A DNA stretch of 64,000 nt from Caldisericota bacterium (lineage in GTDB: Bacteria > Caldisericota > Caldisericia > JAAYUI01): the NCBI GenBank assembly GCA_029548865.1, contig JAKPMO010000002.1, positions 32,001-96,000 on the forward strand, in the 5' to 3' direction. Of this stretch, positions 20,229 to 30,200 are shown piece by piece (position 1 is the first letter of the stretch; each line of letters starts with the position of its first letter). The notes under the pieces are model-generated. The model searched no databases. It had not been told where the DNA came from and saw nothing but the letters and a program-made list of their open reading frames with translations. Made by a program: the position numbers and the translations under genes.

Positions 20229-20990
20229 TTATTTAAGGTTGTAGTTCCAGATTTTACCCATTGTTATCTTTGATTCGGTAGCGCCAAGGGCTTTGACTGC
20301 AAGATCCAATGTTGAAACAAACATGTTCTTGCCTTTGAGTTCTGGAGCAACTTTGCAGTTGTAGTCTTTGCCGTTGAGCTTGCCCTTTGTTTTTCCAACC
20401 CAGAATTGTGCAACTACCTTGCTGCCTTTCTTGATATCAAGCCTACCTTTTCCGTCCTTGGCGTTGAAAACTGCAGTCGCACCGAGTCCATCAACAACTG
20501 GTTTCCATGGGGCCATTACTGTTCCCGATTTTTCATATGCGGCCCCACCAAGAGGCGCTATGTCGACTTTCTTTCCACCAACGACGCAAACAGTGATGTT
20601 TGCCTTTGTCTTCGTATCTTTTGATGTAAAGAAAGTGACGCATTTCTTGAATTTTTTTGGTGATGGTGAATCAGAGAAGTCACCAGGATAGGTCTTTGCG
20701 TTGATTTCCTGGATATTTGTGTATCCATCGCCATCTGCATCAAATTTTTCGAATGCTGCGAAATCAGAGGTGCCTTCATTCTCATACATTACACCATAAG
20801 GATTCCTTGGCCCTGTACCTTCCTGGATGAAGTGGCAGCAAAGACAAGTCTTGTCAATCTTTGTACCCTTCAGTTTTGGATAGGTAAGAATGAGTTCATC
20901 GTGGTAGTCCTGTTGTGCAAAAACAAATGCAAATGATCCGAATAAAATCAATGCAGTGATGATTGTTGCAACCAATGTATTTTTTTTCAT
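20229..20990 (-). CDS. Secreted putative monoheme c-type cytochrome with stalk domain, copy 1 (tandem paralog)
   Basis: Start moved to MKKNTL (AGGAGG RBS); identical CLCCH segment; more divergent stalk domain. Confidence 0.75.
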   Translation of the reverse strand: MKKNTLVATIITALILFGSFAFVFAQQDYHDELILTYPKLKGTKIDKTCLCCHFIQEGTGPRNPYGVMYENEGTSDFAAFEKFDADGDGYTNIQEINAKTYPGDFSDSPSPKKFKKCVTFFTSKDTKTKANITVCVVGGKKVDIAPLGGAAYEKSGTVMAPWKPVVDGLGATAVFNAKDGKGRLDIKKGSKVVAQFWVGKTKGKLNGKDYNCKVAPELKGKNMFVSTLDLAVKALGATESKITMGKIWNYNLK

Positions 20991-21264
20991 GGACGTCCTC
21001 CTGATGTAGGTGTGCTTTCCTTTATGAGAGTTTAATTCCATGGATATCAAAACAAGGTCGTCAAGACTAAGTCTCGGTTTAAGCTTGAATTGTGCCCCTG
21101 TTTTATTGGCATCCATTTTGCAAAATTCAATAATTTAATCCATAATTAAACAAAAATTCGGAAAATAATCTTATTGACATATGAGATTTTCAGCTTTTTT
21201 GTTTATATCGAAAAATGTTAATATGTCTAAATTAATCAATTGAAGAAATAACCAAGTAAAATTG

Positions 21265-22785
21265 TTATGGCCTCTGCCCTGGTTTGCCCTGGCCCCAAAG
21301 GTAATGTGATATTCTGTCCAAATCGACATTTGTTATCCAGGAAGGATCTTTGGAAGCCATCCTTTTTACAATCTCTGGCCAAGCGTCTCTTTCTTTTGTG
21401 TCTGGTGATGGTGCCTGATGACACTTGTTGCATTTTACCTCGAAAAGATCTTTGCCAATATCTGCCTGTGGGGATGACTGGCCAGGGAGCAGTTTTGGGG
21501 AGACAAAAAAGATTGTGTCCTGAGATGACGAGCTTGAGACATCAAGTGCCATCTCAAAAAATGTTGAAGGAACAATAACTCTCGATTTGATAATGGCCGG
21601 TTTTGGGTCAAGGATTATTTGTTTGTCTGGCAAGTCCACCATTGCGGTGCTGACGTTTAATTTTATGGATGTGCCTAGTTTTTTGATTATCACTGTTCTG
21701 GTTTTTGCTACCCAGGAAACCTCGAATCCCAGCGATTCACAAATTGCCCTCAGCTCGACCATGAATATGCCGGATGACTTTTTTGCTGGTGTTGAGAGTT
21801 TGATATTTTCACCAGATCTGTTGTAAAGGACATAGCTTCCGGTTTTGGTGTAGGAGAGTCTCTGGATTGGGAGCGACATCAAATCTTTTATTGAAAACAG
21901 GTAAACACCGTTTTTGTCAAACTTGTGGATGTTTATCTTGCCATTTGTTATCTCTCCAACATAGCAGCCAGAATCGAGATAATCACAGATTACAGTTAAA
22001 GGATTTTGAAGGATGCTGTCTCCACAATCAAAAAGATGTTTGAAATCCTCTGAAAAGACATGGACTTTTTTGGTGCCTGAGTCTGCCACCCATATTCTTC
22101 TGTCATTGTCCTCGGTGGTCGAGACATCGACCGGGTGGGAAAGGATATCTTGCCCAAATGATGCTGTCAGGTTGCCATATTCAGTTGTTTTTATGACCCT
22201 CGAATTGTCAGGATCGCAGACAAAAACTTGTTTAATAAAATCCATATAAGCACCGGCAGGATTGCCTAGGCCGGTGAGTGTTTCTTTGGGGAAAACCTTA
22301 CTTTGTTGCCCTGGTGGGGAAATATGGAAGACCTTTTCCGGGGTGGTCGTTATAACATGCTCGTAATCGGAGTCCTGGCAAAGAGCGATAGCATTTACCA
22401 TCTGTTTATCATAGGACAACTCTGGCCCTTTCAGATTGTAGTCCCAGAGCTTATTTCGGTCGTAGTCGTAGAGCCTGATGGTTTTTTCGGCTTCATCGAG
22501 CATGGCGATTGCACCGCCGCATGAGCACACAGAAACATCAGTTATCGAGCCTGCGCCAATATCTTTTGATGATATGAAATCACCAAGGTATATGCCCGTT
22601 TCAGTATCCAGGTGCATTACCTTGCCCTCAGAAGCAACAGCAACATAAAGGTCTTTATATTTGCTTGTTCCAAGGCCAAGCTGGTTTGTGGGTTCAAAAG
22701 CTATTGAATCGGGGCTGGAAAAGAGCACCAAAAAAGAAAGGGCCAGCAAAGCTGGCCCTGTAGTTTTGAAATTCCTAGAATTCAA
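21265..22785 (-). CDS. Secreted NHL-repeat beta-propeller + stalk domain + C-terminal c-type cytochrome domain
   Basis: NHL-like P.DV...IWVADSG repeats; MVELRAICESLGFEVSW stalk motif; LFEVKCNKCH...W..IVKRM. Confidence 0.8.
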   Translation of the reverse strand: MNSRNFKTTGPALLALSFLVLFSSPDSIAFEPTNQLGLGTSKYKDLYVAVASEGKVMHLDTETGIYLGDFISSKDIGAGSITDVSVCSCGGAIAMLDEAEKTIRLYDYDRNKLWDYNLKGPELSYDKQMVNAIALCQDSDYEHVITTTPEKVFHISPPGQQSKVFPKETLTGLGNPAGAYMDFIKQVFVCDPDNSRVIKTTEYGNLTASFGQDILSHPVDVSTTEDNDRRIWVADSGTKKVHVFSEDFKHLFDCGDSILQNPLTVICDYLDSGCYVGEITNGKINIHKFDKNGVYLFSIKDLMSLPIQRLSYTKTGSYVLYNRSGENIKLSTPAKKSSGIFMVELRAICESLGFEVSWVAKTRTVIIKKLGTSIKLNVSTAMVDLPDKQIILDPKPAIIKSRVIVPSTFFEMALDVSSSSSQDTIFFVSPKLLPGQSSPQADIGKDLFEVKCNKCHQAPSPDTKERDAWPEIVKRMASKDPSWITNVDLDRISHYLWGQGKPGQRP

Positions 22786-23212
22786 TACGAAGACCTTCCA
22801 GATAGCAGCCTTTGCCTCTGCGTTTTGGGGTGCCGTAAACCGTTACGGTCTTCCCCGTTCTGTCTGGCAGCACGACATTGGCCGGCTTCAAGTCAACGAA
22901 AATCTCATCAACACCATCAGTCAGCCTGAACCAGGTACCCATTTTGCATTCCAGCATTATCTTGCCTGATACTTTGACAAGGTCTCCTGGTATCTGGTCG
23001 CATTTGCTGACTACCTCGCCTATCGGCATCTCAATGGCCGACTGGGTTTCTGTGCTCCCGTATGTCTCCTGGACACCTTTGAGCGTGAGCCAGCCAAGGG
23101 AATACATGGAAATGAATACTCCCACAACAAGCACAAGCCCAACAATAATGATGCCGAACTGACGCACGAGGCCCAAGAATCCCTTTTTAGTTCTTTTATG
23201 GATGGGTTTCAT
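22775..23212 (-). CDS. Membrane-anchored putative OB-fold protein (similar to 4310..4714)
   Basis: One TM; VKVSGKI..ECKMGTWF.LTDG...IFV; GKTVTVYG. Confidence 0.7.
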   Translation of the reverse strand: MKPIHKRTKKGFLGLVRQFGIIIVGLVLVVGVFISMYSLGWLTLKGVQETYGSTETQSAIEMPIGEVVSKCDQIPGDLVKVSGKIMLECKMGTWFRLTDGVDEIFVDLKPANVVLPDRTGKTVTVYGTPKRRGKGCYLEGLRIEF

Positions 23213-23250
23213 TTTTGACCCTTTCTCTGTACGTCTGTCAGCTTGGCCAA

Positions 23251-23634
23251 TCATTTAAAAAACTGGCCATCCTTGTACTTCAAGCTGTCAATGATCTTGC
23301 CATCTTTTATGATGGCAACACCAGTGCAGCAACCTGCATTGAAAGTTTTTGCTGTCACGTTGCTGTCACCATACGTTTTTGCGTAATAATTGACAGCTTC
23401 TTTTTCCAGCGTCTTCAAATCTGTTGTGGTTTCAGATGCTTGCTCGTTTTCTGCGTTGTAGCTTTCGCCGCCACATCCTCCGCTTTTTTCTGCACTGCAT
23501 CCTGAGCAAGAGCTTCCGCAGTTGTTTGCTGAAGCAAGAGACCCCCCGTTGTTTGTGTATGCAACTATTCCTATGATCACGAGGACTACCACTGCTGCTC
23601 CGGCAATTATCCCGGCCCAAATTCTTCTATCCAT
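23251..23634 (-). CDS. Small membrane-anchored cysteine-rich protein
   Basis: AGGAGG RBS; N-terminal TM; CGSSCSGC..GGCGG and GCC motifs. Confidence 0.8.
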   Translation of the reverse strand: MDRRIWAGIIAGAAVVVLVIIGIVAYTNNGGSLASANNCGSSCSGCSAEKSGGCGGESYNAENEQASETTTDLKTLEKEAVNYYAKTYGDSNVTAKTFNAGCCTGVAIIKDGKIIDSLKYKDGQFFK

Positions 23635-23768
23635 CGAGGCCTCCTTTTAGGAACAATTCTAAGTAGGGGGAAACCACTAGCAAGGTTATGAGGTTAAGAT
23701 GCAGTAAACTTGACCTTTATCAGTTTTACGGTATTGGTTCGGGGGTTTTATACATACCATTTAAATTA

Positions 23769-23797
23769 TTGCCAAATGCCCAGCTTGTGTTTATAAT
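23769..23797 (+). promoter_or_regulatory. Sigma70-type promoter of dnaN operon
   Basis: TTGCCA-N17-TATAAT upstream of GGAGG RBS. Confidence 0.7.
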
Positions 23798-23819
23798 AAA
23801 CCCTCCACGGAGGTAAAAC

Positions 23820-24917
23820 ATGAAGTTTGAAGCCAAAAAAGCAGACATCGTCAATGCCGCAAATCAGGTGGGCACTGTTGTGCCACGCAGCCCTTCCATA
23901 CAACTTCTTGGAAATCTTCTCATTGAAGCTGATGGTTCTGAGCTGAAGCTCACTGGTTCCGACATGGAAACCTGGGTTTGCGTAAAAATTCCGGCCACGA
24001 TTTCAGAGTCGGGGCAGACGACCGTCCCGTCCAAGATATTTACCGAGCTTGTAGGAAACCTCCCTGGTGAAGATATTCAGATAGAAATTGGTGATGGCTC
24101 CCAGATGATCATGAGGTCATCCAAGGCAAAAGTGACACTCAATTGTGCTGATGCCTCAGATTATCCCAGAATCCCGGAGATGACCTCCGGAGACAAGGTG
24201 ATAATTGACAGGGACACACTCCTTGGTGCAGTTGACAGGGTCACACCTGCACTTTCAGACAGGATGGAAGACAAACGGGAGCTCCTTGGTGCGCTTGTTT
24301 CAATAAGGGGCGGCACATTTAATCTTGTCGGGACAGATGGGCAAAGGCTGGCCATTTGCGAAGTACCAACCCCAGGATCACCTGAAGTTGAAGTCATCGT
24401 GGCTGGAACAGTGTGGCGCAATCTTGCCAAGTTGATTGGCGAGGGTGAAAACAGTGATGTAGGGCTTGCATTCTCCCAAAACCAGGTCGGTTTTGAGTTT
24501 GGCAATGTAAAGGTCGTCAGCAGGCTGATAGACGGCGAATATCCTCCATACCGCCAGGTCGTGCCGGCCAAGTTTGAATATAAAGTCATTGTCGACATGA
24601 AGACACTCCTTTCTGCCTTGCAAAGGGTCAACATCATCGTCAGGCAGAGTTCAAGAAAAGTAACGATTGCTGCAAGGGATGGAGAGCTTGTGTGCAAGGG
24701 CATTGCACCTGAAATCGGAGAGGTCGAGGAAAAGATAGAGGCCACAACCGATGGTGCTGACGTCGAACTCTCTTTCGATATCAAGAAACTCATTGACGGA
24801 ATCAAAGGCACAACGGGCCCACAGGTCCAGATCAACATAAACGGGCCGCTACATCCCGTTCTCATACAAACAGAAAACGACGACACCTACAAGTACATCC
24901 TCGTAACCCAGCGTTGA
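23820..24917 (+). CDS. dnaN: DNA polymerase III beta sliding clamp
   Basis: LTGSDME, DYPRIP, VGTDGQRL, SRLIDGEYPPY; 365 aa. Confidence 0.96.
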   Translation: MKFEAKKADIVNAANQVGTVVPRSPSIQLLGNLLIEADGSELKLTGSDMETWVCVKIPATISESGQTTVPSKIFTELVGNLPGEDIQIEIGDGSQMIMRSSKAKVTLNCADASDYPRIPEMTSGDKVIIDRDTLLGAVDRVTPALSDRMEDKRELLGALVSIRGGTFNLVGTDGQRLAICEVPTPGSPEVEVIVAGTVWRNLAKLIGEGENSDVGLAFSQNQVGFEFGNVKVVSRLIDGEYPPYRQVVPAKFEYKVIVDMKTLLSALQRVNIIVRQSSRKVTIAARDGELVCKGIAPEIGEVEEKIEATTDGADVELSFDIKKLIDGIKGTTGPQVQININGPLHPVLIQTENDDTYKYILVTQR

Positions 24918-25912
24918 TTGTAAAGACACTCAAGGCATCAAACTTCAGACTCCTGGAGGAGTCCCTTTTTGAGTTTAGGGACGGCCTCAACGTCATAGAG
25001 GGCCCAAATGCCACAGGAAAAACAACCATTCTTGAAGCGATCGGATACTGTCTCAGGGGAAAATCCATGCTTGGCAGTCAAGATATTGATGCAGTCTCGT
25101 TTGGTAAAGATTCATTTTATCTAAGAACAGATTTTGACCAGACAACCAAAAGCCGGGTCGAGGTTTCTTTCAATGGTCGGAAAAATGTTTTGCTTGATGG
25201 AAAGCCGGTAAGGAGTTCAAGAGCATTGCTCGAGGCGTTCAAGGTAGTCACAATAACCCCAAATTCCTCCCTGATTGCGGTTGGCCCGCCTTCCCACAGG
25301 AGGGAACTGCTTGACGATACGGCTTCACAGGTAAACCCAGTTTGGTCAGCGATTATTTCTGATTTCAGGGTCGCACTGTCGGAGAGGAACCTTGCCCTTA
25401 AAAACGACAAACCACAAAAACTTGTTGATGTGATGACACTTGATTTTATTGCCCTCTCTAAGAAACTCAGAGAGGCAAGACTGGAAGTTGCCAAAATGAT
25501 CAACAATTTTATGGAAAAAGCAAATACCAGAATGGATTTTAGCTCGTTGCACCCGATTGAAATGGACGATTTTGCAAGGCTGTTGCCTGCCGAGAGGGCA
25601 AGGGGAATGACGCTCATCGGACCGCACAGGGACGACTGTTTCTTTGTGCTTGATGGCAAAAGGGTCGACAAGTTTGCCTCAACAGGCGAGGCAAGGTCAG
25701 TCATGCTTACTGTCAAGATTGCCCAGGCCGATCTTATTTCAAAGATTTCAGGCATAGAGCCGCTTGTCCTGGCTGATGATCTTCTTGCAGAGCTGGACAG
25801 GGAGAGGCAGGAAGCGGCACTTGGATTGCTTTCCAAATATTGCCAGTCGTTTCTGACTTGCGCCTGCAAGGCCCCTGAAGGGTCCTATAATCTCATAAGG
25901 ACAGGCCAATGA
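24914..25912 (+). CDS. recF: DNA replication/repair protein RecF
   Basis: GPNATGKTTILEAI, GPPSHRR, GPHRDD, ASTGE, LADDLLAELD. Confidence 0.92.
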   Translation: MIVKTLKASNFRLLEESLFEFRDGLNVIEGPNATGKTTILEAIGYCLRGKSMLGSQDIDAVSFGKDSFYLRTDFDQTTKSRVEVSFNGRKNVLLDGKPVRSSRALLEAFKVVTITPNSSLIAVGPPSHRRELLDDTASQVNPVWSAIISDFRVALSERNLALKNDKPQKLVDVMTLDFIALSKKLREARLEVAKMINNFMEKANTRMDFSSLHPIEMDDFARLLPAERARGMTLIGPHRDDCFFVLDGKRVDKFASTGEARSVMLTVKIAQADLISKISGIEPLVLADDLLAELDRERQEAALGLLSKYCQSFLTCACKAPEGSYNLIRTGQ

Positions 25913-26394
25913 AGAAATCACCAATCAAAATTGGCCATGTCATGGTTTCGATGAACAAGTCACGGATACCAAAGGCCGTCTCTGCAACGATAATTGCACC
26001 GAGATGGCCATCAATTGTTGGCCCCGCTGTTGCAAGACACACCGAGCCTTATGGATTGCTCAAAGGAAGTCTCCTGGTGAGGTGCGACAGTTCCACCTGG
26101 AGCGCGGAGCTTGCCAACCACAAGAGCCTTATTGTCGAGAACATAACAAAAATACTTGGAAAAGACTTTGTCAATGAGATAAAGATAACAATTGCCAAAT
26201 CGCAGCCAAATAAAAAAATCGCTCCAAAAGAACCGGAGTATTCAAAAATTGCCCTGTCTGATCAGGAAGTGGCGATGGTTGAAGATGTGAGTGGCATGGT
26301 GCCAAAAGACCTGAAGAAAGATTTTGGCGAAGCTATGGCTTCGTATATCATAAGAAAGAAATCTTTTTCAAAAGAAGATTTTTTTAATAACTGA
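25909..26394 (+). CDS. dciA: DUF721/DciA family protein
   Basis: WPSIVGPAVARHTEP...LLVRCDSSTWSAEL; typical position after recF. Confidence 0.82.
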   Translation: MKKSPIKIGHVMVSMNKSRIPKAVSATIIAPRWPSIVGPAVARHTEPYGLLKGSLLVRCDSSTWSAELANHKSLIVENITKILGKDFVNEIKITIAKSQPNKKIAPKEPEYSKIALSDQEVAMVEDVSGMVPKDLKKDFGEAMASYIIRKKSFSKEDFFNN

Positions 26395-26414
26395 ATTTTT
26401 GGGAGTGTGAAACT

Positions 26415-27164
26415 ATGGATTTGACGAAATCAGCAGGACTTGAAGTTTATTTTGATCCGGAGAACGGGGAGCTTATTTTCCCGCAGATACCAGATTTTTC
26501 TGGCCCGGCCATCAGAAAACTTGACGATGCAAGGGATTTCCTTATGGACCCTCAAAGTACTGGGCCTGACGTGCTCTACTGGATGTACAGGGGTGTTTCT
26601 TTGCCCCAGGACAGGGAGAAAATTGAATCGGCCAATTTGAGATACGATATAACCGTCCTCTCACCCGGGAAAATTGGAAAAGAGTATGTGAAGACAATTG
26701 GCCACTACCATCCAAAAACACCTGGTGGCGAGGCCTATCCTGAAATCTATGAAGTCCTCTTTGGAAATGCCCTGTTTTTTTTGCAGGATTGGAACATGGG
26801 TGATGCCGTTGTGATTGAAGCTGACAGGGGCGCACAGATCCTTATCCCGCCAGGATATGGTCACGTCACAGTCAATCCATCAAAAGATTTTCTTGTAACA
26901 GCCAATGTCATCTCAAGCAAGTTTACCTCTGAATATGATATCTTCAGAGAACACCACGGTGGTTGCTATTATTGTGTTGAAGGTGGGAACGAAAAGATAT
27001 GGGTTGTAAATCCTTCCTACTACAAACACCCCCCTCTCAGGTTTCTCGGCCCGACAGAAATGCCTGTGCTAAATGGTCTTTTTGGCAGTCTCTACGAGAG
27101 CCTCGCAAAAGACCCCAAAATTTTTGTTTGCATGAACATACCGGAGATGTGTCCGGCATTCTGA
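26415..27164 (+). CDS. Cupin-type (archaeal-like) glucose-6-phosphate isomerase family protein
   Basis: LRYDITV..PG.IGKEYVKTIGHYH, YPEIYEV, IPPGYGHVTVN. Confidence 0.85.
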   Translation: MDLTKSAGLEVYFDPENGELIFPQIPDFSGPAIRKLDDARDFLMDPQSTGPDVLYWMYRGVSLPQDREKIESANLRYDITVLSPGKIGKEYVKTIGHYHPKTPGGEAYPEIYEVLFGNALFFLQDWNMGDAVVIEADRGAQILIPPGYGHVTVNPSKDFLVTANVISSKFTSEYDIFREHHGGCYYCVEGGNEKIWVVNPSYYKHPPLRFLGPTEMPVLNGLFGSLYESLAKDPKIFVCMNIPEMCPAF

Positions 27165-27185
27165 TACTTTGCGTTTGGAAGACCA

Positions 27186-27224
27186 AACAAAAAAGCCATC
27201 CCTTTGGGGGATGGCTTTTTTGTT
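27186..27224. terminator. Bidirectional intrinsic terminator
   Basis: AACAAAAAAGCCATCCC-loop-GGGATGGCTTTTTTGTT between convergent genes. Confidence 0.9.
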
Positions 27225-27247
27225 ATTGGCTAGTTTGTTGTTTTGTA

Positions 27248-30200
27248 TCAGGGGGTTGCGCTCTCGTCGCCAAGGGTGGCGCCCCAATTCATGCACAGTA
27301 TGATGAGGTCCATTCCATCAACGATTCCATCCTCGTTGAAATCTGCCCTTGCGTCAAAGTTCGGATCTCCTCTTGAGAGCCCAAATGTCTTGCCAAGGAG
27401 CGTGAGGTCCTGAGTGTCGACCTTTCCATCGCCGTTTACGTCTCCTGGGAGGAAGCCAGACACTGTCAGTTTGAGCGTTGGTTCGGTCCCTGTCATTGTC
27501 CTCACCGAGACAAACCCGTTGTTGCAGTCAAAAACCTTTATATTGGCAATCCTGACCCTGGTTTCCTGGGTGATGTTTGTTCCCTTGACTTGCACCCTGC
27601 AGAAAACGCCGGTGCCTGATATTGGTCCTGCACCCTGTTCCCTTGTTGAAGCAACATGGGCGATGCCTATGTTCGAATCGACTGTCCTCACGAATGCTGA
27701 TCTCTTCAGGTCAGTTGTCATAAGTGGACCCTCGGTGATGTCGATGATCTCGATTGCAAGTGGATCATAGATGATGTCGAATTCTACCGCGCAGGCATTG
27801 GTGAGGTTGCCAATTTCAATATCGACAGTATCGGAAGCCTTCTTTTTCAGGCCTTTGTATTCTGGCGTGAACTTGACCATTTGTGGCGAGTCTGTCTTGT
27901 AGACCCTCAGCAGAACATCCCTTGAGGCCACCCTCTGGCCTCCGCCTATGCCAACTGTTTGGAACAGGCATTCCTTTAGTCCTTTTTGCAGTGCATCGGC
28001 ATCACCATCAAGGAAGGTCGGCGGGACCTTGATGAGGCATACGACTCTCTGGGTGAGCCTGCTTGGAGCAAGTCTTTTTGGCAGGAACTCGTATTCAATG
28101 CCCTTGCATGCCTCTCGTTGGTTGAGCGAGAAAGCAACGGAAGCGTTGAAGTTTGATGTCATGTTGACTTCAAACACTGCCATGGCCATCTGGCCGGCGG
28201 ATATCTGGAGTATGCCCTCCTTGGGGCTTATCGAGAACCCGCCCTGTTCTTTCTTTACAGTGAGGATGAAGCTGACCTGCATCTTCGGAGCTTTTCGTCC
28301 GGAGTTCGTGACGATGGTTACTCGCTTGCCGTCTATCGGTTGTCCTAGGAATTCTGACTGGATGACCAGTGACACGACACCTGAAGAGACAACTTCGCTT
28401 GGTTTGAATGTGAATGTCACTCCCGGGAAGTCATTTTTGCCAAGCACTTCAAATGTGACAGGCAGATTATATCCTTCGAGGAAGTCAACTGCGATGCCAA
28501 CTTCTTTTGTTTCACCGAGCCACATCACTATGTCCCTGTCATCCGGGTTTGCCAGTTTTGACCTGTAATCGCCAGGAACAGGCGGCTCAACAACAAGTGT
28601 GACCGGGAAGGTGTGTGATTTGCATCCGCCCTCTGCCCTGAATGTGAGGTTGTACAGGCCAGGGGCCGTGTTTTTGGCTATATCCAGTTTGTATTTCGAT
28701 TTTCCTGGAACAGGTGTAATGATTGGGGCAAATGACCCTGTAACACCCTTTGGAAGGCCGTCGATAGACAATGACACTGCACCCACAAATCCACCTGCCG
28801 CGTCAATCGTGAGTCCGATTTCAGCCGGTTCTCCTGCGTAAAGCGTTACTTTTGTTGTATTTGCCGTGAATGTGAAGTCTCCGGGTGCAGGTTTCCTTAC
28901 TACAAGGCTGATGGTGGCGCTTCTCTCAAACCCTGCGCCGTATGCCTGGATGACCATGATATGTGTTCCTTCCGGACAACCTTCACCGACGCTTATCGAC
29001 AGTGTTGTGGTTCCGGAAGCTGACAGGGTGTCAGGGCTGAATGTTGTTGTTGTGTCTGGTGGTGCCTGGATTATTTTGAACCTGACCGCAGTCTTGAGCG
29101 GGATTTCTGATCTGAAGAATATGTTGAGCGGCATTGATGTTCCCTGGCAAATGACCGGACTGCCTGTCTCTGGGGCAAGACCAAATCCCCACTTCTGGGC
29201 CCAGGCCATGACATGGCCGTCTTCGGTTGCATAATACAGCATCCTTCTGGAGAATGTCAGATGGGACTTGCTTGGCCTGTTTGTTTTGATGGTAAAAACA
29301 GTTTTCCCGTTTGGATCAAAGCAGTATATCTGGCCGTCCTTGTTGTAGACCATGGACTGGGCGTCTTTGTCGATTATCACGGAACCATAGGAATACTGTC
29401 TCTTTTCACAGCTCCATTCGCCGATGACATTGTCGAGGATTTTCTGCCTGTTTTCCGATTCGACCCTCACGAACCTGTTTGTCTGTGTCCTTATTTCTGG
29501 AGTGATACCCCAGTTTGCGTTGACATGGACAACATCCTTGTCCGGGTTGATCCTGAGTGCCGGCGAGCCAAAAGTTGGTCCGAAGGTTGCCAGTTGCCAA
29601 CGCATCGAGCCGTCAGATATATTGTTCCTGTATATCATCGAGCTGCCGTAGCAGTAGTTGTCGTCCGTGGCGCCCTGGGCACCTGCAAAGTAGAATTCGC
29701 CTTTGTCAACATCGACGGGGCAAGCGTTGATTGGTTGGGACTTGAAGAATTCTGATGCCCAGTACTTGGTCCCATCCTGGGCGTCAAGCTCATAAACCTT
29801 GCCATCCATGCATGGGACAAGGACCGTTCCCTTATTTACTTGCGGGACCCTGTTGAACGCATAGGAGAATGGGGCGTAGCAGGATGCCGGGAGCTGCTGC
29901 TTCCATATTATTGTGTCAATATCGGTGTGGGCTGCCATACAGTAGACCGTGCCGTTGACTGTTGCGAAATATACCCTCTTTGTTGGTACCTCTGGCTGTT
30001 TGAGTAGGAGCACAGACGTTCTGATTGGTTTTGTCGTGTTGTAGCTCCACACCCTCTGGCCGGTCTTTGTGTTGATGCAATAGAAGTTCCCGTCGAGAGA
30101 GCCGATGTATATGTAGCCGTTTTCGGTGTCGAGTGCCGGGGTGCACATGACTGGCCACTGCTTGTCTTCGTTGTCATCGAAGTTGTCGACTTCCGAGACA

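Noticed and set aside
19961..20915. Diversity-generating retroelement template/variable repeat pair
   Set aside because: Only one synonymous mismatch, both copies lie in intact paralogs, and no reverse transcriptase gene is in the window.
21120..21264. Fur box upstream of the cytochrome pair
   Set aside because: Only short AT-rich dyads (AATAA-TC-TTATT), indistinguishable from background.
23710..23740. MerR/CueR-type promoter (TTGACC...GGT)
   Set aside because: No -10 hexamer at 19-bp spacing and only a weak dyad.
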